NCBI GenBank assembly: GCA_050331235.1
Contig: JBHJHA010000100.1
Location: 1 to 31,240, forward strand
Reading direction: 5' to 3'
Source: Leptolyngbyaceae cyanobacterium
Lineage (GTDB): Bacteria > Cyanobacteriota > Cyanobacteriia > Phormidesmidales > Phormidesmidaceae
Length of the DNA stretch: 31,240 bases
Position numbers and translations under genes: made by a program. Positions within the stretch are counted from its first letter, which is position 1, and the number at the start of each line of letters is the position of its first letter. Shown here piece after piece: positions 1 to 8,648 of this stretch. The notes under the pieces were generated by a model, which did not search any database, was not told the origin of the DNA, and saw only the letters and a list, made by a program, of their open reading frames with translations.

Positions 1-94
1 ATGCGGAATGATTGACTCACCTCAGTCTCTGGCGGCCTGACGACACGGCTTCAATGGCTTTTTCTCGAAGGTCTTGGCTGTAGGGGGCTGGCAT
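1..94 (-). pseudogene. IS630-family transposase N-terminal HTH fragment, frameshifted
   Basis: Manual translation from ATG 94 gives MPAPYSQDLREKAIEAVSSGRQ, matching the MPAPYSxDLRxKAIxAV start of cyanobacterial IS630 transposases. This frame stops at TGA 19-17. The shifted frame continues TEVSQSFR(I), like the expected (K)TEVSxxFxI, so a 1-nt deletion near 27-29 is implied. Confidence 0.75.
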
Positions 95-146
95 CGGTAA
101 AAAGTGGACATAACTCCTTCACTATGGCTCAACCTTAATACTGCTA
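1..146 (-). mobile_element. Left end of a degenerate IS630/Tc1-family insertion sequence, running off the window edge
   Basis: The minus strand reads TA (148-147) then TAGCAGTATTAAGG..., a TA target followed by a TAG-starting end as in cyanobacterial IS630 elements. An IS630-like transposase N-terminus starts about 50 bp inside, at 94. Confidence 0.6.
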
Positions 147-172
147 TACTTGCAAGCTGGTGATAAATAAGT

Positions 173-274
173 TTACGCCGGGCCGAGCAGGTAAAACGCA
201 GACATTATCAGCAATGCCCACAGGGTTAATCCCAGGAGCAGCATCGGTAATGGGGGGCGTAATGGGGTCAGCAT
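173..274 (-). CDS. Putative 33-aa single-pass membrane small protein (MLTPLRPPLPMLLLGLTLWALLIMSAFYLLGPA)
   Basis: ATG at 274, TAA at 175-173. A Pro-rich N-terminus is followed by an uncharged ~20-aa hydrophobic stretch. A CATAAT -10-like hexamer lies at 301-296. It is below the ORF-track size cutoff and has no clear SD. Confidence 0.5.
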   Translation of the reverse strand: MLTPLRPPLPMLLLGLTLWALLIMSAFYLLGPA

Positions 275-431
275 AGGTCGGGCAAACTGAGGGGAATTAT
301 GCAAGGCGGCTCAAATGCCAGTTGTGCAGCTAGAGGGTCGATAAGGAGTAAGCGCGCACAGGAAAGTCTCCAATGAACGCGGCCTTGGCGAATCCAACTA
401 GGCTAATGACAAGCACTCAAACATTTTAGCT

Positions 432-1562
432 TTAGTTCCAAAGTCGCCGACGCTTTGGCCCATTAAGGCGGCTGTGGGTATCGCGCAGGAGTTTTGGAAT
501 ATCTAAGTTGCTCGGACAGCGTGGTAGGCAATCACCACAATCGGTACAGCGATCGCCCTTGCGTCCTGGAAACCAGTGTCCAGCATTTTCAAACATCCGA
601 TAGCGATAGTTGCCGTACAGGGTCATATCGTGGGCGATCGCCAGGTTACGCAATCGCAGAACTTCAGGGATATTGATTGCTTCGGGGCAGGGCAAGCAGC
701 GATAGCATTGCTGACAGAGGTCTGTTCCCAATGTGTCGGTTTGGGTGACGGCAAGGCGCTCCAGTGCTGCCGTTTCTCCTGGGGTTAAAGGTGCGGTGTT
801 ATCAGCAACCGTCAACGGTAGGGCTAGCTCTAACGGCTCAGCCGGGCCGACACTCAACGTCGTTACTGCCGGTTGGCTCAACAGCCAACGGTAGGTCAGA
901 TGCAGCGGCTCAAAGGGATGACACAGCTGGCGCAGACGCTCCGGTGGAGCATATAGCAGCCCACCCTTGTCGGCTGGGGAAATAATAAACACGCCCATGT
1001 CATGCGCATGGGCTAGGTTCACAGCTGCTGCATGACGGGGAAAAAAGTAGTAGTAGTGCAGATTAACAAATGAGAACAGGCCGGTCTCAATTGCCGCCAG
1101 GATAAGGGCCTGTTCGCCATGGGTCGAAAACCCCACATGGCGAACTTTGCCCGCTCTCTGGGCCGCTTTGACGGCTGACATACAGCCCTGGGGTGACTTG
1201 ACCCAAGTGAGGTGTTCGAGGGTGTTGAGCCCGTGAATGGCTAGGCAGTCAATCGTCTCAATCTGTAACCGCTTCAGGGACTCATCAATGTGCGCGGCTA
1301 TGGTAGCCGCATCGACGGTGGGCAAAAGTTTGGTGGTGATGTAAATCTGCGATCGCAGACTGCCCCCCAATCGGCGGAGCGCCTGACCCAGCAGGAACTC
1401 GCTCTGGCCATAGCCCCGCGCAGTTTCCACATGGTTGATACCGGCATCAACGGCAGCCTCCAAGGTAGCGGTAAAGGTGTCCGCTGAGGCCAGCGATCGC
1501 ATTGACCCTAGCGAAAAAACGGATAGCGGCAGCTCCGTCTGGCCAAATCGGCGATAGTGCAT
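432..1562 (-). CDS. Aldo/keto reductase with C-terminal 4Fe-4S dicluster domain
   Basis: AKR motifs: YRRFGQT, GINHVETARGYG, IYITTK, GFSTHG. C-terminal CQQCYRCLPCP and CTDCGDCLPRCP ferredoxin-type motifs. Confidence 0.9.
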   Translation of the reverse strand: MHYRRFGQTELPLSVFSLGSMRSLASADTFTATLEAAVDAGINHVETARGYGQSEFLLGQALRRLGGSLRSQIYITTKLLPTVDAATIAAHIDESLKRLQIETIDCLAIHGLNTLEHLTWVKSPQGCMSAVKAAQRAGKVRHVGFSTHGEQALILAAIETGLFSFVNLHYYYFFPRHAAAVNLAHAHDMGVFIISPADKGGLLYAPPERLRQLCHPFEPLHLTYRWLLSQPAVTTLSVGPAEPLELALPLTVADNTAPLTPGETAALERLAVTQTDTLGTDLCQQCYRCLPCPEAINIPEVLRLRNLAIAHDMTLYGNYRYRMFENAGHWFPGRKGDRCTDCGDCLPRCPSNLDIPKLLRDTHSRLNGPKRRRLWN

Positions 1563-1604
1563 AGTAACCTTCTACGATCAGGAGAGTGCGGCCTGCCCGC
1601 CTCC

Positions 1605-2114
1605 TTACTGCTCAAAGGTATCGTTACTAATGCCATCCTGTTGAGTGAAGTCAGAGGGACTAAGGTTAGAAATAAATTCCCGAAAAGCCTGTTTCTCGGC
1701 TTCATCGGCGGCGCGATCAACGGGAATAGATGCATCGGCGATGACTTCTTCCATCACCCAAATGGGGGCATCTAGTCGCAGCGCAATGGCGATCGCATCG
1801 CTGGGGCGAGCATCTAAGGCTTTGCGAGTTTCCCCAGAACGGAGGGTCAGTAGAGCAAAAAAGGTGTTGTCTTTGAGCGCATGAATCACAATCCGCTCTA
1901 GGGTCATGTTCCATTCATCAATGAGATTGACAAATAGGTCATGGGTAAGCGGCCGTGGAGCCCGCTGATTTTCTAATGCACTCATGATGGATTTGGCCTG
2001 GTCCTGCCCGATGTATATCGGTAAGGCGCGACGGTCTTCAATGTCTCGCAAGAGCACCACGGGATTGCGAGAAATCGCGTCGAGTGCAATACCAGCGACT
2101 TTCATCTCAATCAT
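1605..2114 (-). CDS. Bifunctional nuclease family protein (DUF151)
   Basis: Motifs LPIYIG, PRPLTHDL and LDARPSDAIAIA, plus a C-terminal FREFI..LSPSDF. Co-oriented with the AKR gene across a 42-bp gap. Confidence 0.9.
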   Translation of the reverse strand: MIEMKVAGIALDAISRNPVVLLRDIEDRRALPIYIGQDQAKSIMSALENQRAPRPLTHDLFVNLIDEWNMTLERIVIHALKDNTFFALLTLRSGETRKALDARPSDAIAIALRLDAPIWVMEEVIADASIPVDRAADEAEKQAFREFISNLSPSDFTQQDGISNDTFEQ

Positions 2115-2411
2115 TTGCTTGGCCTCTACAGCTGGCAGGACGGGAAGTGGAACGTAACATCACGACGATTTAGCAGTGATTTTAAGCGACTATAGCAGCT
2201 TTGAATGGGGCTTTTCCTTCTGAGCGAATTGACTGCGAGTAAGGCTGAAAGGTTCAATCGCTGTTACTTGACCGATGTTCACCTCGGGGGTAAACCAATC
2301 ATGCATCTGTAATAGATGTGAGAGGAAAGAAAAATCGGTATCGTCTTTAAGTATGCCCTTATCTAAAGCGGTATGGGGCGAGTTGTCGCGAATATTTCGG
2401 ATGTAAGGTTT

Positions 2412-3074
2412 GTGTTTACAGGCTTAATACAATCGCTAGGAAACTTTACACGGCTAGACCCCAATCATCTCAAGGTGGAGTGCTGGGGGGGTAGCAGCGA
2501 TCGCCTGCTGCAGGATATGGCCATTGGCGACAGTATTGCTGTTGATGGGGTTTGTTTGACCGTCGAGACCGCCCTCACCAATGGCTTCATCGCTACCGCC
2601 TCACCAGAGACCCTAACCCGCTCAACACTGGGACAATTATCCGATGGTGCCATTGTGAACCTAGAAGGATCACTGCGGGTGGGCAGCAAAATTGGTGGCC
2701 ACTTTGTCACGGGCCACGTTGACGGGTTGGGGCAGGTGGACGCAATTACAGCCACAGCTACCTCTTGGGAATTTCGGTTTGCGGTAGCGGCAGCTCCAGT
2801 GGCGCGTTATATCGTACCGAAAGGCAGCATTTCGGTTAATGGGATCAGCCTGACCGTTGCTGACTGTAGCGCCAGTGGCGACTGGTTTACCATTGCGGTG
2901 ATCCCGGTAACCTATCGGGAGACTAATCTACATACACTACAGCTGCAACAAAGCGTTAATCTGGAAGGCGATATCTTAGGCAAGTACGCGGAAAAGTTTT
3001 TGAATTTAGCTCCCCATGCCGCTAAATCAGCCGATGTCTCCTTTGATTTTCTAGCTGAGCATGGATATACCTAG
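2412..3074 (+). CDS. ribE: Riboflavin synthase (alpha chain)
   Basis: The canonical MFTG N-terminus from GTG 2412 indicates the track start at 2373 is too early. Two lumazine-binding repeats: GDSIAVDGVCLT/VNLEGSL/GGHFVTGHVD and KGSISVNGISLT/VNLEGDILGKY. Confidence 0.95.
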   Translation: MFTGLIQSLGNFTRLDPNHLKVECWGGSSDRLLQDMAIGDSIAVDGVCLTVETALTNGFIATASPETLTRSTLGQLSDGAIVNLEGSLRVGSKIGGHFVTGHVDGLGQVDAITATATSWEFRFAVAAAPVARYIVPKGSISVNGISLTVADCSASGDWFTIAVIPVTYRETNLHTLQLQQSVNLEGDILGKYAEKFLNLAPHAAKSADVSFDFLAEHGYT

Positions 3075-3123
3075 GCTCAGACAGCAGGGTGATTTGGCAG
3101 CAGTTTCAGGGAGACGGACTGCA

Positions 3124-3723
3124 ATGCGAGGAATTATCATTAGCGTTGGCCTCATGATTGGTACGGTAATGGCGTCTATGATGCCAGCCGCCGCGATCGC
3201 CCGCGTTTGTCGAGCAGTGCCGTCAATCCCTCCTAGCGACGAGTTGCAAGACTTTCAAGTAGACGCCTACGACTTGTCACTCAAGATTCCGCGCAATTAC
3301 CGCTCAATGTTACGCAGCAGCGGCCACATTACTTTTCACGACCCAGCCGCTTTTGACCTGATTCAATGTATGGTCCGCACTGGAGAATATGCCACGATTC
3401 CCCCTTACAGCGCTTTAGAAATTTACCAAGGAGTGAATAATGCTGCCGCTCTGGTAGATACCATACGACTCAAGCGCCCGTGGCTCGATTATTACAGCCC
3501 CACATACGAGCCGGTACAGTTTGTTGGACAGCCGGCCCTACTCTATGAGTACACCAACCAGTTTTATGGGCTGACGATCGCCAACATCTCGTTTTTATCC
3601 TTTGACGGTCGCACGCTGCTGACCTTGACCGGCCCTGCTTCATCTCCCCTGATGGAGAATGCCCTGCTGTTGGTAGAAGCTGCACCGTTTACGGCCCCTG
3701 AGCCAGCAGAGCCGCGCGATTAA
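3124..3723 (+). CDS. Hypothetical secreted/periplasmic protein
   Basis: ATG 3124 is preceded by GGGAG. N-terminus looks like a signal peptide (MRGIIISVGLMIGTVMASMMPAAAIA). No family recognised. Confidence 0.7.
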   Translation: MRGIIISVGLMIGTVMASMMPAAAIARVCRAVPSIPPSDELQDFQVDAYDLSLKIPRNYRSMLRSSGHITFHDPAAFDLIQCMVRTGEYATIPPYSALEIYQGVNNAAALVDTIRLKRPWLDYYSPTYEPVQFVGQPALLYEYTNQFYGLTIANISFLSFDGRTLLTLTGPASSPLMENALLLVEAAPFTAPEPAEPRD

Positions 3724-3837
3724 AGGGGCGGTCCAATGTGCGATCGGGCACAGGAACTTTCAACCGAGCAACGGCAAAATCAGCGAAAACTCGACGGTGA
3801 GCTGAGTGGGGATCATTGCCCAGAGTGATATTCGGAT

Positions 3838-4767
3838 CTAACCCAGGGTGCAGTGCGCCTCCCCCCCCTGCTCGATCCAGCCGCAAATCAGCCCCGTGGT
3901 CGATTGGGCCGAGGCACACCGCCCCAAGGGGTCGATGACAATGACGCCGCCCTCTCCCTGCACTCGATTGACTAAGTAATCGATGCCTGCCTGAGCCGCA
4001 GTTCGAACGTCCATATCACGGTACTGCACATACATCCCGATGGTTTTGCCCAATACCGTTCTCAAAAACTCTTCGCCATATCCAGTGGCTGACACGGCAC
4101 AAGATTCATTATCGGCGTAGACTCCGGCTCCGATGATGGGCGTGTCGCCCACCCGACCCCAATGATTATTGACTAGGCCACCAGTAGATGTGGCGGCGGC
4201 CAAGTTTCCTTTGACATCCCGGGCGACAGCACCGACGGTACCCAGCTTTTCAGACGGGCTGACGCGCTCGTGGTCTAAGGTAATCCGACCAGCCACTTGG
4301 GCCTCTTTTAACTGTGCAATGCGAGCCGGGGTGATGAAATAAGCTTCTGGACAGAGCTCCAGATGGTTGAGCTTGGCAAACTCCAGTGCGCCTTGGCCCA
4401 TGAGGAGAACATGCTTGCCATGCTCCAAAATTTTGCGAGCTAAGGCAATCGGGTTCTTGACTTGCGAAATGCAGGCAACGGAGCCGGCGCGCAAATCAGC
4501 ACCATTCATAAGGGCGGCATCCATCTCAACCTGACCATTCGCGTTGAGCACCGAGCCCCGGCCAGCATTGTATAGCGGATCGTCTTCTAATAAAGTTACG
4601 CAAAATTCGACTACTTCTAGGGCGCTATACCCCCGAGAAAGTAGTTCTCGACCCTGCTCTAAGACAGTGTGAATGCTAGCGCGAAACTCAGCTTCTCCAG
4701 CTTCATATTTGAGGTCTTCGAGGGAGCCAGAGCCGCCGTGAATCATCAAGGAGTAGGGTTCAGTCAT
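3838..4767 (-). CDS. iaaA: Isoaspartyl peptidase / L-asparaginase (plant-type, Ntn-hydrolase)
   Basis: Motifs IHGGSG, LEDDPLYNAGRGS and EMDAALM. Autocleavage nucleophile in G-TVGAVA. Also AATSTGG, GRVGDTPIIGAG and SATGYGE. Confidence 0.92.
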   Translation of the reverse strand: MTEPYSLMIHGGSGSLEDLKYEAGEAEFRASIHTVLEQGRELLSRGYSALEVVEFCVTLLEDDPLYNAGRGSVLNANGQVEMDAALMNGADLRAGSVACISQVKNPIALARKILEHGKHVLLMGQGALEFAKLNHLELCPEAYFITPARIAQLKEAQVAGRITLDHERVSPSEKLGTVGAVARDVKGNLAAATSTGGLVNNHWGRVGDTPIIGAGVYADNESCAVSATGYGEEFLRTVLGKTIGMYVQYRDMDVRTAAQAGIDYLVNRVQGEGGVIVIDPLGRCASAQSTTGLICGWIEQGGEAHCTLG

Positions 4768-4863
4768 GGAATTGTGTCGCCCAGGAATGTAAGCAAAAGC
4801 AAACTTAAGTTTACGTTACAAAACAAATCTTAAGAAAGCTTTCGGCTAGTGGCTAAAAAATCT

Positions 4864-4890
4864 AGCTGAACCTCAGCCGAACCTCAACTG
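4864..4890 (+). repeat. Short tandem 11-mer repeat
   Basis: AGCTGAACCTC AGCCGAACCTC AACTG (two units plus a partial third). Confidence 0.5.
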
Positions 4891-4912
4891 GGCCAAGCCA
4901 AGACCGGTCAAT

Positions 4913-4947
4913 GTTCCCCTCGTGGGAAGGGGTAGAGGGGGAAACCC
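4913..4947. repeat. GC-rich palindromic element resembling cyanobacterial small dispersed repeats
   Basis: TTCCCCTCGTGGGAAGGGGTAGAGGGGGAA, with CCCCTC/GAGGGG arms. It resembles the TCCCCTCC..GGAGGGG..AGGGG class of intergenic repeats. Confidence 0.4.
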
Positions 4948-5117
4948 GGCTGCTGAACCATCCTGCGGATGCCTCTTGCTTAGGGCAGTCGATCGCTTCA
5001 CTGGGGGGCAGCAGGCTCAAATGTCTTATCCCGAATTTACGTTGATGAGAATCTGCAGGCAGATTAGTCTCATCTCGTCAGCGTTATAGAGGCTCGACAG
5101 GCTGATCTCACTGAACT

Positions 5118-6818
5118 TTAGGCGGTGGATGACGGATTATCCGCTTGGGCGATCGCGGCCCCTGGTGAGAGTTCGTCTATGATTCGAAACCGGATGTGGT
5201 TGATCGCCAAATCACTGACCGAAAGCTTTTCTGGCTTATTAGTGGCGCTCATTTTACTAAAGGAAATGCCTTTGCCAATTTCGGTGTGATACCAAGCTAG
5301 CCCCATGAAGAACCTGTTCGGATAAGGCCCCCGCTCGATAATGTCATCAACATTGGACTCCATGGGTAACCAGCCTACGCCGGGAACATAGAACTCCAGC
5401 CAGACGTGGTTAAAGTCTGGCTCCAACGGCAAATGACGCCGCTCAGGATGGGGGGGACACTTATAGCGACCGATGGTGCGGCAGGCGATGCCATTGAGAC
5501 GTGCCAAAGCCAGCAACACGCCGACGTACTCGCCACAGGAGGCAATACCTCGTTCGAGGGCAACATCTGGGGTGTCGATTTTGGGTCGAATACCGTAGGC
5601 GAGGCGATCGTAGACGTAGTTGCGAATTTTAAGCATTTTTCGCAAGACGTTGGTCTCGGTGCCAGCGCTCTCGCGGGCGGCGTGCTTGATGGTGGCTGTA
5701 TCCATCGACAGCTCATCATCATCAATCAGATAGTGATGAAACTCAGGGGCCAAGGGCAGAGCGCCGTCGATGTCGTCGGGGGTCAGATGGTATTTGAGGC
5801 TATACATCTCAACGATCGCCTTCCAACCTACTAGTCCCCCTTGAAAGGGCTTGATCTGGTCAAACCGAAAGACTGCTACCTGCTGTCCTTCCTGTTCTTC
5901 GATGGTAAAAGGATGACCGATGGATTCGACGTGGCGAACTCGCTGACGCAAAGTGTTGGACGGTAGCGCGATGCGCCATTCCACATGGTCGAGGGCGATC
6001 GCATCTAGGGGCAGCAACTCCTCAACATAGGAAAGCTCGATCAAAAAGCCGTTCGAGAGGGTGTAGTTTTCAGTCGCGTCGGTCTGAAAGTACAGTGGAT
6101 GTATAAACGTGCGATCGCGGAAAGTCAGCTCATAGGGCGATTCGCTGTTAGGGTCATCGCGAATGTAGGGTTCCTCGCTGGCATAGACCACATAACAGAC
6201 CGGGGCTTGGTCGGCGGCAGGGGTATAAAAGGTGATGCCAGTGGGCGATGGATAGGGGGTAAGGGCGCTGAATTGAATCTTGCCGGTTGCCCGATCTATA
6301 CAGTAAACCGTTTGCTCAGTCTGATCGCAGACCCACAGCCCGGTTTCGTTTGCACTCAAGGTTTCGGGTCCGACCCCTGGTTGAGGAAGCTTGTCAAGGG
6401 ACTGGCCCGTGCGGCGGTCAAATAGATGGATATAGCCCGATTTTTGACAACTAATGTACACCGTGGTGTCCCAAACGGCGACACCGTTGACATCATAGGG
6501 AAGTCGGGCGAAAACGGCTGGTTCTAGTGTTTTGCGATCGCACCAAAAGACTTCCTGGCCCTGGGCAAACCAGAAGGTGTCTTGCCAGAGCGATAACCCC
6601 ACAACATCGATCCATGCATCTTCGGCCAGCTGATGCGAATTTAGAATGATGGTGTTGTTGGTCGCTGGGTCGATAGCGACTAAATAGCCCCTCACGACAT
6701 CAACGGAAAATAAAGAGTCGCTGTCAGCAGCTAGTCCTGACAGGGCATAGACCCCAATGGGGAGAATGGTCGATGGTTGCAATGTTCCATTAAGGGACCC
6801 GTGCTCATGCAAAGACAT
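5118..6818 (-). CDS. Transglutaminase-like domain protein with N-terminal beta-propeller-like region
   Basis: Catalytic Cys motif ASCGEYVGVLLALARLNGIACR and His motif NHVWLEFYVPGVGWLPME. The N-terminal half has repeated beta-strand blades (GLAAD, GVAVWD, GLWVCD, PTGITF). Confidence 0.85.
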   Translation of the reverse strand: MSLHEHGSLNGTLQPSTILPIGVYALSGLAADSDSLFSVDVVRGYLVAIDPATNNTIILNSHQLAEDAWIDVVGLSLWQDTFWFAQGQEVFWCDRKTLEPAVFARLPYDVNGVAVWDTTVYISCQKSGYIHLFDRRTGQSLDKLPQPGVGPETLSANETGLWVCDQTEQTVYCIDRATGKIQFSALTPYPSPTGITFYTPAADQAPVCYVVYASEEPYIRDDPNSESPYELTFRDRTFIHPLYFQTDATENYTLSNGFLIELSYVEELLPLDAIALDHVEWRIALPSNTLRQRVRHVESIGHPFTIEEQEGQQVAVFRFDQIKPFQGGLVGWKAIVEMYSLKYHLTPDDIDGALPLAPEFHHYLIDDDELSMDTATIKHAARESAGTETNVLRKMLKIRNYVYDRLAYGIRPKIDTPDVALERGIASCGEYVGVLLALARLNGIACRTIGRYKCPPHPERRHLPLEPDFNHVWLEFYVPGVGWLPMESNVDDIIERGPYPNRFFMGLAWYHTEIGKGISFSKMSATNKPEKLSVSDLAINHIRFRIIDELSPGAAIAQADNPSSTA

Positions 6819-7406
6819 AGGTGCACTCGGCTAACAAGACTGTGTACGGGCTTGATCAAGCTGTTACGGCCCTCATTATAGGGATAGTTGTCCCTTTTAC
6901 ACTGCCAGTTCTGATACTCGTTCAAGCCACTGAAGCTTCACGCAAAGGGATGCCATTTTCTCGTATATAGCGACAGGTGAGTAGATCCGGCGCAGGTTTT
7001 CGCAGGGCGGGTTCGAGGTTTCTGGGTTTTGAACCCTACGGCAAGCTGCATCACTTCATTAGCAGATTCTGTGCCTTCCTGTAATAGGGCTGATTCCGCA
7101 TATAGTTCGATCACCAACGCCGGCAAATATGAGCCGTGTGAAGCCGAAAAAGCCATTCCTATGAATTGTTGAAGGAGGGTTCCGAATCCGGAATCTGGAT
7201 TGGGACGACTGTAGTAAGGTACTGTTGCACCTTAATGCCCCAATCTTGCTTGTCAGGACTAACGTGGATGAATCCGACTTTGCCCTGCCCCCAAAATTCG
7301 GGCTGTTCGGATTCATCATTTTTTTGCGTAGTTAATGAAGGGCGATCAGTTTGGAGGAAGGTATGTCAAACCTTCTCACTTGGCCTTGTTTCACGCGGTA
7401 ATCTGT

Positions 7407-8468
7407 ATGAGCTATTGTTCTTCGCGCTCCTTGTGTTTGGTCGCTGTGGCCTTGGCCAGCTTTGTCGCGGCGGGCGAAGGGTCATCGGCGATCGCCTCGG
7501 GCCAAACGACTCTAGTTGCCTCCATATCGCCATCGTCGGAGCAAGCAGAAGCCGACACTGATGACTCAGCACAAGGAGAGATTGACTGCACTTCTTGGTC
7601 AACCTATCGGGAAACCTTCCCAGAACCAGCCCTACTGCCAGCGATGCCGTTGTGGTTTCAAGGGGGGTGCATATTCGGCACTGAGACAAGGGAACACAAC
7701 CGCATCTATATTCTTCGAGACGGAATTGCACTTGACCAGGTATTTGACACGGCGATATTGGCTTCCGCCCCCCAGGCTGACGGCTTAGTATATCTGCCTG
7801 AGACCGCCATCGACGCTCCTTCTGGGGTTGTCAACGAGCTAATTGAAAGGGGCCACATGATGATTTTTCAGCCTTTTGATCAGCGGGCTTGTGCGATCGC
7901 TAGCGACCCAAGAGATCCAGGTGAAAATGATGCCACCTTTGGGTATTGCGACTTCGCCTCGCCTCATCGGGCCTATTCTATTGCGACCACAGAGGATAAA
8001 TTGACCGCTTGCTTTGGCCCCCATTGCTTAGAGACCTACAGCGACGTTTCTGACGAGGCCTTGCTTGCCCTATGGCAACCTTGGCAGGCGTCTACCCCAA
8101 ATCCCGCGGTGAATGAAATCCGCAGTCAATACCAAACTCTCGACTTGGAGAAGTTGCCCTCAGATCTGCGCCAAGCCAATCACTGGTTTGATATCAAGTC
8201 GATATTGCTGGAAGAATTTGGTCGTACCATTTTGGAAGAAGGAGAACAGCCGACGGTGATCTCAGACCCTGACTATACGGGGGGAGACTACAGTTTCTTG
8301 AATGTGGTCACATTGACCAACGAAGGCTTGGCCGACGACTCAGTGGGCGGTTTCCGCTATCGATTTGAGTTTGATGCCTTTGATGGCGATACGATGATTT
8401 TGGTCTGGGCCGGTATGCAGCAATATTGCTGGCGCACACAGGAATGGACGGCCGAGCCGTGTCCTTGA
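7407..8468 (+). CDS. Hypothetical secreted, Cys-containing acidic protein
   Basis: Long open frame. Likely start ATG 7407 gives a signal peptide (LCLVAVALASFVAA). The C-terminal VVTLTNEGLADDSVGGFRYRFEF..WAG.Q..C module resembles a module I recall from cyanobacterial hypothetical proteins. Confidence 0.7.
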   Translation: MSYCSSRSLCLVAVALASFVAAGEGSSAIASGQTTLVASISPSSEQAEADTDDSAQGEIDCTSWSTYRETFPEPALLPAMPLWFQGGCIFGTETREHNRIYILRDGIALDQVFDTAILASAPQADGLVYLPETAIDAPSGVVNELIERGHMMIFQPFDQRACAIASDPRDPGENDATFGYCDFASPHRAYSIATTEDKLTACFGPHCLETYSDVSDEALLALWQPWQASTPNPAVNEIRSQYQTLDLEKLPSDLRQANHWFDIKSILLEEFGRTILEEGEQPTVISDPDYTGGDYSFLNVVTLTNEGLADDSVGGFRYRFEFDAFDGDTMILVWAGMQQYCWRTQEWTAEPCP

Positions 8469-8648
8469 TTTAAGGAATAGAAGATGTTGCCGTAGCCCCT
8501 CAGTTCCCTTTGCTGAGAGATACGAGCCCAACTTGTTCTAAGCAATGGGAGGCTCGTTAAGACTTTATCGATCTGCGGCGATTCACGGAGTGGTCTGTTA
8601 TGATGGCTCGGCACATTCGTGTTGGTGCGATCGCCACTCAAATTTTTC

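Noticed and set aside
22..111. 29-aa minus-strand ORF (MSTFYRCQ...) with a strong GAAGGAG SD
   Set aside because: It overlaps the recognisable IS630 transposase start out of frame and has no protein-like features.
2115..2411. Possible FMN riboswitch upstream of ribE (also checked upstream of ribD)
   Set aside because: The conserved RFN-element sequence blocks were not seen. ribE and ribD are 18 kb apart and not in one operon.
6819..7406. Several 64-131 aa ORFs and a start-less minus-strand frame (DESEQPEFWGQGKVGF...) in the gap between divergent genes
   Set aside because: The ORFs overlap one another and I recognise no family. A decayed gene is possible but cannot be supported without a BLASTX search.
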